The translations under genes and the position numbers were made by a program. Positions 33,498 through 42,963 of a stretch of DNA of 64,000 nucleotides are shown here, piece by piece (positions within the stretch are counted from its first letter, which is position 1; every line of letters begins with the position of its first letter). Under the pieces are notes generated by a model. It did no database searches. It saw nothing but the letters and a program-made list of their open reading frames with translations, and had not been told where the DNA came from. The stretch is taken from the NCBI RefSeq assembly GCF_055900595.2, contig NZ_CM148325.1, one strand, 5' to 3'.

Positions 33498-34583
33498 TTA
33501 ACGCAAAAGAATTTTGCAAATCGCGTCGGCAACCTGTGGCGTGGTGGCATTGCCTTTCATATCAGGTGTTTTCGGCCCGTGAGCAATCACTTCTTCAATC
33601 GCGGCCAGAATACCGTTATGCGCTTGCTGGAAACGCTCATCGCCATTGCCGAGAAAATCGAGCATCATTGCACCGGCCCAAATCGTGGCGATAGGGTTAG
33701 CAATATTTTTCCCGTAGATATCCGGCGCGGAACCGTGGACTGGCTCGAAGAGCGACGGGAAAGTGCGTTCGGGATTCAGGTTGGCGGATGGGGCAATGCC
33801 AATGGTGCCGGTGCAGGCCGGGCCAAGATCGGAAAGGATATCGCCAAACAAATTGGACGCCACTACCACATCGAAGCGTTCCGGCTGCATCACAAAACGT
33901 GCGCAGAGAATGTCAATATGCTGCTTGTCCCAGCGGATCTCCGGGTAATTCTCAGCCATTGCTTCCACTCGCTCATCCCAGTACGGCATGCTGATGGCTA
34001 AACCGTTCGATTTAGTGGCAGAAGTTAGCGTCTTACGTGGGCGGCTTTGCGCAAGTTCAAAGGCATAGCGCAAAATACGATCGACACCACGACGAGTAAA
34101 TACCGATTCCTGAATGACGACTTCATGCTCTGTACCTTCATTCACTCTACCGCCGAGCGAGGAATATTCGCCTTCGGTGTTTTCCCTGACCACGTAAAAA
34201 TCGATGTCGCCAGGCTGTTTTCCCGCCAGCGGGCAGGGAACGCCAGGAAAGAGACGAACCGGGCGCAGGTTGACGTACTGGTCGAACTCACGACGAAATT
34301 TCAGCAGCGAACCCCACAACGAAATATGGTCCGGAACGGTATCCGGCCAGCCGACGGCACCAAAATAGATGGCGTCGAAACGGCTAAGTTGCTCATGCCA
34401 GTCGTCCGGCATCATTTTACCGTGATGGCTGTAATACTCGCAGCTCGCCCACTCCATTTGCTCAAAACTCAAGGCGAAGCCCCAGCGCTCAGCGGCAGCC
34501 TGTAACACGCGAATCCCTTCAGGAAGGACTTCTTTGCCAATCCCGTCTCCCGGGATCGCAGCAATACGCATCGTTTTCATCAT
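33498..34583 (-). CDS. dmlA: D-malate/3-isopropylmalate dehydrogenase DmlA (YeaU)
   Basis: 361-aa ORF MMKTMRIAAIPGDGIGKEVLPEG..., isocitrate/isopropylmalate dehydrogenase family. Confidence 0.9.
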   Translation of the reverse strand: MMKTMRIAAIPGDGIGKEVLPEGIRVLQAAAERWGFALSFEQMEWASCEYYSHHGKMMPDDWHEQLSRFDAIYFGAVGWPDTVPDHISLWGSLLKFRREFDQYVNLRPVRLFPGVPCPLAGKQPGDIDFYVVRENTEGEYSSLGGRVNEGTEHEVVIQESVFTRRGVDRILRYAFELAQSRPRKTLTSATKSNGLAISMPYWDERVEAMAENYPEIRWDKQHIDILCARFVMQPERFDVVVASNLFGDILSDLGPACTGTIGIAPSANLNPERTFPSLFEPVHGSAPDIYGKNIANPIATIWAGAMMLDFLGNGDERFQQAHNGILAAIEEVIAHGPKTPDMKGNATTPQVADAICKILLR

Positions 34584-34685
34584 TGGGTTCTCACTTCCTG
34601 ACCATCAAAATTGACAATACCCTCATCCTATAATTGACTGAAAAGGAATTAATCCCCGTAACTGGTGAAACATAAAACACGAATC

Positions 34686-35609
34686 ATGAATAATTTACCG
34701 CTGCTGAACGATTTGCGCGTCTTTATGCTGGTGGCTCGCCGGGCTGGTTTTGCCGCTGTGGCGGAAGAATTGGGCGTTTCACCGGCGTTCGTCAGCAAGC
34801 GCATCGCCTTGCTGGAGCAAACGCTAAACGTGGTGTTGTTACACCGCACCACCCGCCGCGTCACCATTACCGAAGAAGGAGAGCGGATTTATGAATGGGC
34901 GCAGCGGATTTTGCAGGATGTTGGTCAAATGATGGACGAACTTTCTGACGTGCGTCAGGTGCCGCAGGGGATGCTGCGTATTATCAGCAGCTTTGGTTTT
35001 GGACGACAGGTAGTGGCTCCGGCGTTATCAGCGCTGGCGAAAGCGTATCCGCAACTGGAGTTACGTTTTGATGTGGAAGACCGACTGGTCGATTTGGTCA
35101 ATGAAGGCGTCGATCTCGATATTCGCATTGGCGATGATATCGCCCCTAATTTAATCGCCCGCAAACTGGCGACTAATTACCGCATTCTCTGCGCGTCGCC
35201 GGAATTTATTGCGCAACATGGCGCGCCGAAACATTTAACCGATCTTTCTGCATTGCCGTGCCTGGTCATTAAAGAGCGCGATCATCCTTTTGGTGTCTGG
35301 CAATTACGCAATAAAGAAGGCCACCATGCGATTAAAGTTACCGGCCCACTGTCGTCTAATCATGGAGAAATTGTCCATCAGTGGTGTCTCGATGGGCAGG
35401 GGATTGCTCTGCGCTCCTGGTGGGATGTTAGCGAAAACATTGCCAGTGGTCATTTAGTACAAGTGCTACCGGAATATTACCAGCCAGCAAATGTCTGGGC
35501 CGTTTATGTTTCAAGGCTGGCGACGTCAGCGAAAGTGCGGATAACGGTAGAATTTTTACGCCAGTATTTTGCCGAGCACTACCCGAATTTTTCACTGGAC
35601 CACGCCTGA
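34686..35609 (+). CDS. dmlR: LysR-type regulator DmlR (YeaT)
   Basis: Track ORF 34665..35609 trimmed to ATG at 34686 (MNNLPLLNDLRVFMLVARRAGFAAVAEELGVSPAFVSKRI...); divergent from dmlA. Confidence 0.9.
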   Translation: MNNLPLLNDLRVFMLVARRAGFAAVAEELGVSPAFVSKRIALLEQTLNVVLLHRTTRRVTITEEGERIYEWAQRILQDVGQMMDELSDVRQVPQGMLRIISSFGFGRQVVAPALSALAKAYPQLELRFDVEDRLVDLVNEGVDLDIRIGDDIAPNLIARKLATNYRILCASPEFIAQHGAPKHLTDLSALPCLVIKERDHPFGVWQLRNKEGHHAIKVTGPLSSNHGEIVHQWCLDGQGIALRSWWDVSENIASGHLVQVLPEYYQPANVWAVYVSRLATSAKVRITVEFLRQYFAEHYPNFSLDHA

Positions 35610-35717
35610 TTAATGATTCAATTATCGGGTTGATATCAGGTTAAACCCTGATTTTCTCCTTTCTAAGCCGCTAGAGATTGGTTAGCATATTCACCTTTAA
35701 TCGCGCATGATCGATAG

Positions 35718-36374
<657 letters not shown>

Positions 36375-36457
36375 TGCTTTCAGCCCGCGTTATCGCGGGC
36401 TTCCTGCCTGTAATCTTTCCTTATTCATCGCTGATACGGTGCTAAAGAGTAACCAAT

Positions 36458-36482
36458 AAATGGTATTTAAAATGCAAATTAT
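36458..36482 (+). promoter_or_regulatory. candidate NsrR operator upstream of yeaR-yoaG
   Basis: imperfect palindrome aatGGTATTTAAAATGCAaat resembling the NsrR 11-1-11 consensus, about 65 bp upstream of yeaR. Confidence 0.4.
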
Positions 36483-36546
36483 CAGGCGTACCCTGAAACG
36501 GCTGAAATAAACTGTTTTCAGCACATTCATCGAAGGAGGGAAAAGG

Positions 36547-36906
36547 ATGCTGCAAATCCCACAGAATTATATTCATACGCGCTCAACGCCTTTCTGGAAT
36601 AAACAAACTGCGCCTGCCGGAATATTCGAACGTCATCTTGATAAAGGAACGCGCCCGGGGGTTTACCCACGCCTTTCCGTTATGCATGGGGCGGTCAAAT
36701 ATCTCGGCTACGCTGATGAACACAGTACAGAGCCTGATCAAGTGATCCTTATCGAAGCGGGGCAGTTTGCGGTGTTCCCTCCAGAAAAGTGGCACAACAT
36801 TGAAGCCATGACTGACGACACTTATTTCAACATTGACTTCTTCGTTGCTCCTGAAGTCCTGATGGAAGGCGCGCAACAACGAAAAGTCATTCATAACGGG
36901 AAATGA
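36547..36906 (+). CDS. yeaR: DUF1971 protein YeaR
   Basis: 119-aa ORF MLQIPQNYIHTRSTPFWNKQTAPAGIFERHLDKGTRPG... Confidence 0.85.
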   Translation: MLQIPQNYIHTRSTPFWNKQTAPAGIFERHLDKGTRPGVYPRLSVMHGAVKYLGYADEHSTEPDQVILIEAGQFAVFPPEKWHNIEAMTDDTYFNIDFFVAPEVLMEGAQQRKVIHNGK

Positions 36907-36909
36907 ATC

Positions 36910-37092
36910 ATGGGCAAAGCAACGTATACCGTGACCGTCACCAATAACAGTAATGGCGTTTCTGTCGATTATGAAACAGAGACGCCGATGACTTTGCTGG
37001 TGCCAGAAGTGGCGGCTGAAGTGATAAAAGATCTGGTGAATACCGTGCGTTCTTATGACACGGAAAACGAACATGATGTTTGTGGTTGGTAA
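36910..37092 (+). CDS. yoaG: DUF1869 small protein YoaG
   Basis: 60-aa ORF MGKATYTVTVTNNSNGVSVDYETETPMTLLVPEVAAEVIKDL..., 3 nt after yeaR stop. Confidence 0.85.
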   Translation: MGKATYTVTVTNNSNGVSVDYETETPMTLLVPEVAAEVIKDLVNTVRSYDTENEHDVCGW

Positions 37093-37239
37093 TTATCACT
37101 GATCGTAGATGGCGCAATTTCTGCGCCATCGCAAAAAAATCCTCCGTGATGCTTGTCACAAATCTTGCCCTCCTGATGTTGTGCTATGCTTTTTATCAGC
37201 GACTAACCCGCTAATGCAAAACAGATAAGTGAGGAAACA

Positions 37240-37488
37240 ATGGGCATTCTGTCATGGATTATTTTTGGGCTTATTGCCGGTATTCTGGCGAAGTGGATCA
37301 TGCCAGGTAAAGATGGTGGTGGATTCTTTATGACTATCCTGCTGGGGATAGTCGGTGCCGTAGTCGGCGGATGGATCAGCACGCTGTTTGGCTTTGGTAA
37401 AGTCGATGGCTTCAATTTTGGCAGCTTCGTGGTTGCCGTTATTGGTGCGATTGTCGTGCTGTTTATCTACAGAAAGATCAAAAGTTAA
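37240..37488 (+). CDS. yeaQ: GlsB/YeaQ/YmgE-family small membrane protein YeaQ
   Basis: 82-aa ORF MGILSWIIFGLIAGILAKWIMPGKDGGGFFMTILLGIVGAVVGGW... Confidence 0.88.
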   Translation: MGILSWIIFGLIAGILAKWIMPGKDGGGFFMTILLGIVGAVVGGWISTLFGFGKVDGFNFGSFVVAVIGAIVVLFIYRKIKS

Positions 37489-37501
37489 CGCGTAAATTGC
37501 A

Positions 37502-37537
37502 CAAAGGCTGCACACAGGCAGCCTTTGCTATTTTTTA
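37502..37537 (+). terminator. intrinsic terminator downstream of yeaQ
   Basis: 10-bp stem caaaggctgc / gcagcctttg followed by a 6-T run. Confidence 0.75.
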
Positions 37538-37546
37538 GATGTGACG

Positions 37547-37621
37547 TTACCACCATCCCAACTCAGTGCCGAGAACGACAATAATCGCTACGCCCATCAT
37601 AATAATCGTTGTTTTTTTCAT
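37547..37621 (-). CDS. yoaJ: small hydrophobic protein, 24 aa (YoaJ-like)
   Basis: Translated by hand on minus strand: MKKTTIIMMGVAIIVVLGTELGWW*; name assignment yoaJ versus yoaK from memory. Confidence 0.65.
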   Translation of the reverse strand: MKKTTIIMMGVAIIVVLGTELGWW

Positions 37622-37623
37622 CT

Positions 37624-37722
37624 TTACGCTCCCGGGGCAGCATAGCCGCCAATAAAAAACCATGCTAAAAATACGACCGCTGTAATAAAGATTACAACCG
37701 GAAAAATAATACCGATTCGCAT
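37624..37722 (-). CDS. yoaK: small hydrophobic protein, 32 aa (YoaK-like)
   Basis: Translated by hand on minus strand: MRIGIIFPVVIFITAVVFLAWFFIGGYAAPGA*; stop lies 2 nt before the start of the 24-aa ORF. Confidence 0.65.
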   Translation of the reverse strand: MRIGIIFPVVIFITAVVFLAWFFIGGYAAPGA

Positions 37723-37754
37723 GTTATCACCAATCAAAAGGATGTGAATACGCC

Positions 37755-38780
37755 TCAGGAATGTAGCGCTGAATGCGCGACAAAAGGTGTTTTCTGTTTG
37801 TGTTTTTTCTCCTGATACATCGCGATATCGGCAGCATGCAGGGCGCTGTCTGCATCGGTCGTTTCAGGATCGACTTCTACTATGCCAAGACTGGCACCAG
37901 GATAATACAAATCAACATCACCTAAGTGATATTCTCCGCGTATTTGCTGTTGAATACGTTCTCGCAGCGATGGAATATCCGCATTCTCATTGTTCAGTGA
38001 AACAACCAAAAACTCATCACCGCCGAGACGACCAATAACTTCGCCATTTTGCTGGAGCGTATTAAGGCGCTCGCCAACCTGAATAAGAAACAGATCGCCA
38101 CTATTATGACCAAAACGATCATTGATTAATTTGAAGTTATCCAGATCGATAAATGCGATCATTATCTTATGGTTAAGATGCCTCGCAAGAGAAAACAGCG
38201 TCGTCAGGTTTTCAAAAATCGCCCGCCGATTCGGTAGCCCGGTTAACGAGTCGGTATACGATTGCGCAATCAGTGCGGCATTTGCTTCGCGCAGCTGTTC
38301 AACCAGCGCCTCTTTTTGAATATATTGTGCAATCAGTCCGGCGAATAGCTGTAAAACCTGTTCCGCGCGTTCACTCCACTGGCGCTTCTCACTGCTGGCG
38401 GCGCAAAGTGTGCCATAGAATGATCCATCCGGTAAGTGAATTGGCGTGCTCAGAAATGTGGTGATGCCAAGATTTCGTGCCGCAACACAGTCGCCCCAAC
38501 GGTCGGGGACTTCATCGCTGAAAAAGCAGTTTTCATCAATGGCGCGTTTGCATAACGAGTAATCCCACGAGACGGTAAAATTCTCCGGGATGTGCATTTT
38601 CTGGCTATTACGGGCAAACATTATATGCTGCAGGCGCGCTTCGACATCCACTTTGGTCAGGTAGGTTGACTCCATATCAGTGACCATTTCCAGCATCTCC
38701 AGAAGCTGTCGGACCAGACTTTCCAGTGACTGTTCTTTGGCAAGGGATTGCGAGACGCGGGCGATAATCTGATCTGACAC
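37755..38780 (-). CDS. dgcP: diguanylate cyclase DgcP (YeaP), GAF plus GGDEF
   Basis: Track ORF 37755..38909 trimmed to GTG at 38780 ((M)SDQIIARVSQSLAKEQ...); GGDEF motif RLGGDEF present; 341 aa. Confidence 0.88.
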   Translation of the reverse strand: MSDQIIARVSQSLAKEQSLESLVRQLLEMLEMVTDMESTYLTKVDVEARLQHIMFARNSQKMHIPENFTVSWDYSLCKRAIDENCFFSDEVPDRWGDCVAARNLGITTFLSTPIHLPDGSFYGTLCAASSEKRQWSERAEQVLQLFAGLIAQYIQKEALVEQLREANAALIAQSYTDSLTGLPNRRAIFENLTTLFSLARHLNHKIMIAFIDLDNFKLINDRFGHNSGDLFLIQVGERLNTLQQNGEVIGRLGGDEFLVVSLNNENADIPSLRERIQQQIRGEYHLGDVDLYYPGASLGIVEVDPETTDADSALHAADIAMYQEKKHKQKTPFVAHSALHS

Positions 38781-38962
38781 GAAACAACTCCAGGATACGG
38801 CGGGTAAATGCTGATTATTTAATCTTTGCAGGCATGATAAAACATCATCAACAAAGATGAAACAAGACGTAATATGTTTTGAGTGAATGTAATAAAAATA
38901 GTGCTGCAAAACAAAACGATACCGCGATACTCTAAGCTTGGATAAATATGTGAGATCAATAA

Positions 38963-39217
38963 ATGAAAATTATCAGTTTTGTTCTGCCTTGCTTGCTGGT
39001 CCTGGCTGGTTGTTCAACCCCTTCTCAGCCAGAAGCACCTAAACCGCCGCAGATTGGTATGGCAAATCCGGCGTCGGTCTATTGCCAGCAGAAGGGCGGG
39101 ACGCTCATTCCTGTGCAGACAGCGCAAGGGGTCAGCAACAATTGCAAATTACCGGGCGGTGAAACGATTGATGAATGGGCATTGTGGCGACGGGACCATC
39201 CGGCTGGTGAAAAATAA
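38963..39217 (+). CDS. yoaF: DUF333 lipoprotein YoaF
   Basis: 84-aa ORF with lipoprotein signal MKIISFVLPCLLVLAGCS. Confidence 0.85.
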   Translation: MKIISFVLPCLLVLAGCSTPSQPEAPKPPQIGMANPASVYCQQKGGTLIPVQTAQGVSNNCKLPGGETIDEWALWRRDHPAGEK

Positions 39218-39238
39218 CCGCCGGATGCTGCACTAAAA

Positions 39239-39586
39239 TCACAAGCTACGTAGCCAGTCTGCCAGCACCAGCGCATGGTTCTGTGTGGTGTTTTTTGCTG
39301 AGTAGAGCAGGGTCAGCGGCTGTTTTTTGGCGATGTCTGCCAGCCGCTTTCCTTCTTGCTCGTGTTGCGCCAGTTCTGCAAGATATTGCTCGCGAAAGGT
39401 TGCAAAATCGACGACTTCGCCGTGAAAGGCTTTGCGCAGCTCCGTTGACGGCGTGATTTCTTTATCCCACTCATCAAGGGCTAAATCGGTTTTTTTGATA
39501 CCGCGTGGCCAGAGGCGGTCGACCAGTACGCGATAACCATCGCTCTGTTCAGCCGGATCATAAACGCGTTTGCACTGAATATTCAT
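39239..39586 (-). CDS. yeaO: DUF488 protein YeaO
   Basis: Track ORF 39239..39607 trimmed to ATG at 39586 (MNIQCKRVYDPAEQSDGYRVLVDRLWPRG...). Confidence 0.8.
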   Translation of the reverse strand: MNIQCKRVYDPAEQSDGYRVLVDRLWPRGIKKTDLALDEWDKEITPSTELRKAFHGEVVDFATFREQYLAELAQHEQEGKRLADIAKKQPLTLLYSAKNTTQNHALVLADWLRSL

Positions 39587-39640
39587 CGTATTTGTTCTTC
39601 CTTTCACGCATGATTTGTCACGTCACTATAGCACCGGATA

Positions 39641-40822
39641 TTAGCGAATTTCTTTGTCTCTCCCGGCGCAAAGTCCGAAAATCGCCATCAGTAGTGAAAG
39701 TATTGCAACACCCATCAGTGGTACGGACCAGTCACCGTTAGCATCGTGTATTTTACCCATCAGCGGCGGCCCACAGGCTGCCAGCAAATACCCGACGGAT
39801 TGTGCCATCCCCGAGAGTGCTGCCGCCTGATGCGCAGAACTTGCCCGAAGACCAATGAACGTCAACCCCAGTATCATTGTTGCGCCGGAACCAAAACCGA
39901 AAAGCAGAGTCCAGGTGATCGCGTGTGCTGGCATAAAGCAGAGCCCAACCGCGCCCACTGCGCACATCAAGGCAACGAACGCTGCAATACCACGCTGATC
40001 TTTCACATGATGTAAGAAAAGTGGGATCAGCAAACCGGGAGCTGCTGTGGCTAGTTGCAGCAAACCATGCAGTGAACCCGCCTGTGCTTCGCTATAGCCG
40101 TGACTGATGAGGATCGCCGGAAGCCAGCCAATAATCACGTAATAGACGAGTGAGTTGATCCCAAGAAACAATGTTACCTGCCAGGCAAGCGGCGAACGCC
40201 AGATACCCCGAGTATGTAAGGCGCGTGAGGTACTCAAATTTGCATGTTGTTGACTTCGCCACTGTGGCAGCCATAAAAAAAGAGCCAGCAGAGGAAAACA
40301 CATCAGCATGAGCAACGCGCCTTGCCAGCCAAAACCGTTCAAAGCCAGCGGCACGACCATAGCCGATCCCAGTGCCGCCGCAGCTCCCATTGTCAGGGAA
40401 TATGCGCCGGTAAGTCTGGCGACGGAATGAGGGAAATCGCGTTTAATTAATCCTGGCAGTAAGACATTGCCTAATGCAATCCCACCGCCAATGACCGCTG
40501 TACCGCCAAATAATAAGTAAGGCGAAGGGAGAGAGCGAATTGCGATACCTGCACAGATCAAAAGTAACGCGGCAAACAGGCTACGTTCCATACCAAAACG
40601 TCGCGCCACCGGGGCGGCAAGAGGTGAGATTAGCGCAAAGGCCAATAATGGCAGGGTGGTTAATAAGCCGGTTTGCGCCGTCGTTAGCGAGTAAGCGGAA
40701 CGAATCGTATCCAGTAACGGTGCTGCGCCGGTAAAGGTGACGCGTAATGTTGTGGCAATCATCAGAATGCCAGCGATAAGGACAATCCTGTTTTTGCCGC
40801 TTAATGAAGTTGAACAGGCCAT
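39641..40822 (-). CDS. nimT: MFS transporter NimT (YeaN)
   Basis: 393-aa multi-TM ORF MACSTSLSGKNRIVLIAGILMIATTLRVTFTGAAPLL... Confidence 0.88.
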   Translation of the reverse strand: MACSTSLSGKNRIVLIAGILMIATTLRVTFTGAAPLLDTIRSAYSLTTAQTGLLTTLPLLAFALISPLAAPVARRFGMERSLFAALLLICAGIAIRSLPSPYLLFGGTAVIGGGIALGNVLLPGLIKRDFPHSVARLTGAYSLTMGAAAALGSAMVVPLALNGFGWQGALLMLMCFPLLALFLWLPQWRSQQHANLSTSRALHTRGIWRSPLAWQVTLFLGINSLVYYVIIGWLPAILISHGYSEAQAGSLHGLLQLATAAPGLLIPLFLHHVKDQRGIAAFVALMCAVGAVGLCFMPAHAITWTLLFGFGSGATMILGLTFIGLRASSAHQAAALSGMAQSVGYLLAACGPPLMGKIHDANGDWSVPLMGVAILSLLMAIFGLCAGRDKEIR

Positions 40823-40918
40823 ATGTTTCTCATTGATACAAACGAGGCTGTACCTTACCGTTTTTATTGTTATGTTGAATCAAGTTAAAATGACAAATTA
40901 TCGCTAAATTCGGACAAA

Positions 40919-41740
40919 ATGATGCACAGGTTGAATCTCAATGGTTATGAACCCGACCGACACCATGAAGCCGCGGTCGCATTTTGTATTCACGCCGGAA
41001 CGGATGAGTTAACCAGTCCTGTACATCAGCACCGCAAAGGGCAGCTGATACTGGCGCTACATGGTGCAATTACCTGTACGGTGGAAAATGCTTTGTGGAT
41101 GGTGCCGCCACAATATGCGGTTTGGATACCGGGCGGGGTGAAACATAGCAATCAAGTGACAGCTAACGCTGAACTCTGTTTTCTGTTTATAGAGCCCAGC
41201 GCAGTGACAATGCCGACAACATGTTGCACATTGAAAATATCGCCCTTATGCCGGGAATTAATTTTAACCCTGGCAAACAGGACGACGACTCAGCGTGCTG
41301 AGCCGATGACCCGCAGATTAATTCAGGTCCTGTTTGATGAACTCCCTCAGCAGCCACAACAACAGCTGCACCTGCCCGTTTCTTCTCATCCTAAAATCCG
41401 CACGATGGTGGAGATGATGGCGAAAGAGCCTGTCGAGTGGGGGGCATTGGGGCAATGGGCTCGCTTTTTTGCGATGAGTGAACGCAATCTTGCCCGACTG
41501 ATAGTGAAAGAGACGGGGTTGAGTTTTCGCCAGTGGCGTCAGCAGTTACAGCTGATTATGGCGCTTCAGGGATTAGTGAAAGGCGATACTGTACAGAAAG
41601 TTGCTCATACGCTGGGGTATGATTCAACAACGGCCTTTATTACTATGTTTAAGAAAGGCCTGGGGCAAACGCCAGGCCGATATATTGCGGGATTAACTAC
41701 TGTTTCCCCACAATCAGCGAAACCAGACCCGCGGCAATAA
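40919..41740 (+). CDS. nimR: AraC-family regulator NimR (YeaM)
   Basis: 273-aa ORF, cupin-like N-terminus and AraC HTH C-terminus; divergent from nimT. Confidence 0.88.
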
Positions 41741-42143
41741 GCGGGCCAACCGGTACGCCGCGAAACAGCGCCACGCCCAAAACAGTGCCCACCAGCAGCC
41801 CGGCGACCAGTTGCGGCTGGCTGCCCATTAACGTCACGCCGCGCCCACCTAGCCAGGAGACAATAACGCCTACTGCAATTGCCACCAGCGATTTCCAGTT
41901 CAGAAACGAGTGAATCAGGGTTGAGGGCGGTAGCGTCCCGCTGGCGATGGGGGCCATAACGCCAATCGTCAGAATGATTATCCCGATACTTAGCCCCTGT
42001 TTTTCAATCCACGGGAAAAAGGTGCTTAACGGTGTGACGCGGACAATGATTAACACCAGAATTGAAACGGCGACAGTGGTGTTATGACTGATAAAGCCCA
42101 GCGCAGCTAACCCGAGCAGGATCAGCAAAGTGACATCAAACAT
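41697..42143 (-). CDS. yeaL: DUF441 membrane protein YeaL
   Basis: 148-aa [39 protein letters not shown]... Confidence 0.85.
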
Positions 42144-42312
42144 CGTGGTTTCCTTGCCAAAAAATAATAAGCCTGCTTACTTTACGCTTGCTGCAGGAAG
42201 GAAGTAGAAAATCTTTACGTTTTTTGCATAAAAAATCAGGCGAACTGTCATCAAACTGCCATTTGTGCACGCTAACAATAACGTGAAAACAGCTATCTCC
42301 CCGGGGCATACT

Positions 42313-42417
42313 ATGAACGATCAAATGTTTGTCGAGACACTGATTATCACGTCATCGTTTTTTGCCATTGCTGTTGTGCTGGTTTTGTCCGTTCTGCTTA
42401 TTGAACGGACAGGCTAG
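42313..42417 (+). CDS. yoaI: small membrane protein YoaI (34 aa)
   Basis: Translated by hand: [34 protein letters not shown]; absent from track (under 60 aa). Confidence 0.75.
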   Translation: MNDQMFVETLIITSSFFAIAVVLVLSVLLIERTG

Positions 42418-42921
42418 TTACGCAGTGCGGCGGAAATTGACCAGTTCTGGTTGCGCAATGCGCAAATAATCCGCGGTTTTCAAAATAACGGATTTATCCA
42501 GCATGCCTGCATTGAAGGCGATTTCATCAAATCGTTCGAAGAGTAGGGGGTCGGCAACCAGTTTGAGTTTTGGATGGAAGCTGAAAGGGGGGATCGCGCC
42601 GAAGACACAGCCTGTGAGTTCATCGACTTCCGCCGGGCTGGCCAACGAAGCGCGTAATCCGCCTATATGGATGGCAAGTTGGCTCAGATCGGCCTGTTGA
42701 TCGGCAGCGAGGATCGCCAGAACATGTTGATTTACGCCATTGCCTTTGACTTTACATACCAGTGCCTTAGCCCCCTGGCCTAAAGCGGTGCCACGAATTT
42801 CTGACACCGCTTCGCATTTACCTACCGCCTCATGGGTAACGACGCGGAAGTCAGCACCTTCTTGTGATAATAAAGCGATTAACCGCTGATGCGTCACGCT
42901 TCCTTTAGCCATTTCAGTCAT
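42418..42921 (-). CDS. yeaK: YbaK/ProX-family aminoacyl-tRNA deacylase YeaK
   Basis: 167-aa ORF MTEMAKGSVTHQRLIALLSQEGADFRVVTHEAVGKCEAVSEIRG... Confidence 0.88.
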   Translation of the reverse strand: MTEMAKGSVTHQRLIALLSQEGADFRVVTHEAVGKCEAVSEIRGTALGQGAKALVCKVKGNGVNQHVLAILAADQQADLSQLAIHIGGLRASLASPAEVDELTGCVFGAIPPFSFHPKLKLVADPLLFERFDEIAFNAGMLDKSVILKTADYLRIAQPELVNFRRTA

Positions 42922-42963
42922 TTCACGCTCCTGAGATTACAAGCAAACAACCACAGAAGATTA

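Noticed and set aside
33492-34505. 169-aa and 152-aa plus-strand ORFs
   Set aside because: Both antisense within dmlA; no recognisable product.
42136-42324. 62-aa minus-strand ORF
   Set aside because: It overlaps the yeaL start region and runs antisense to the yoaI start, with no recognisable product; yeaL and yoaI account for the locus.
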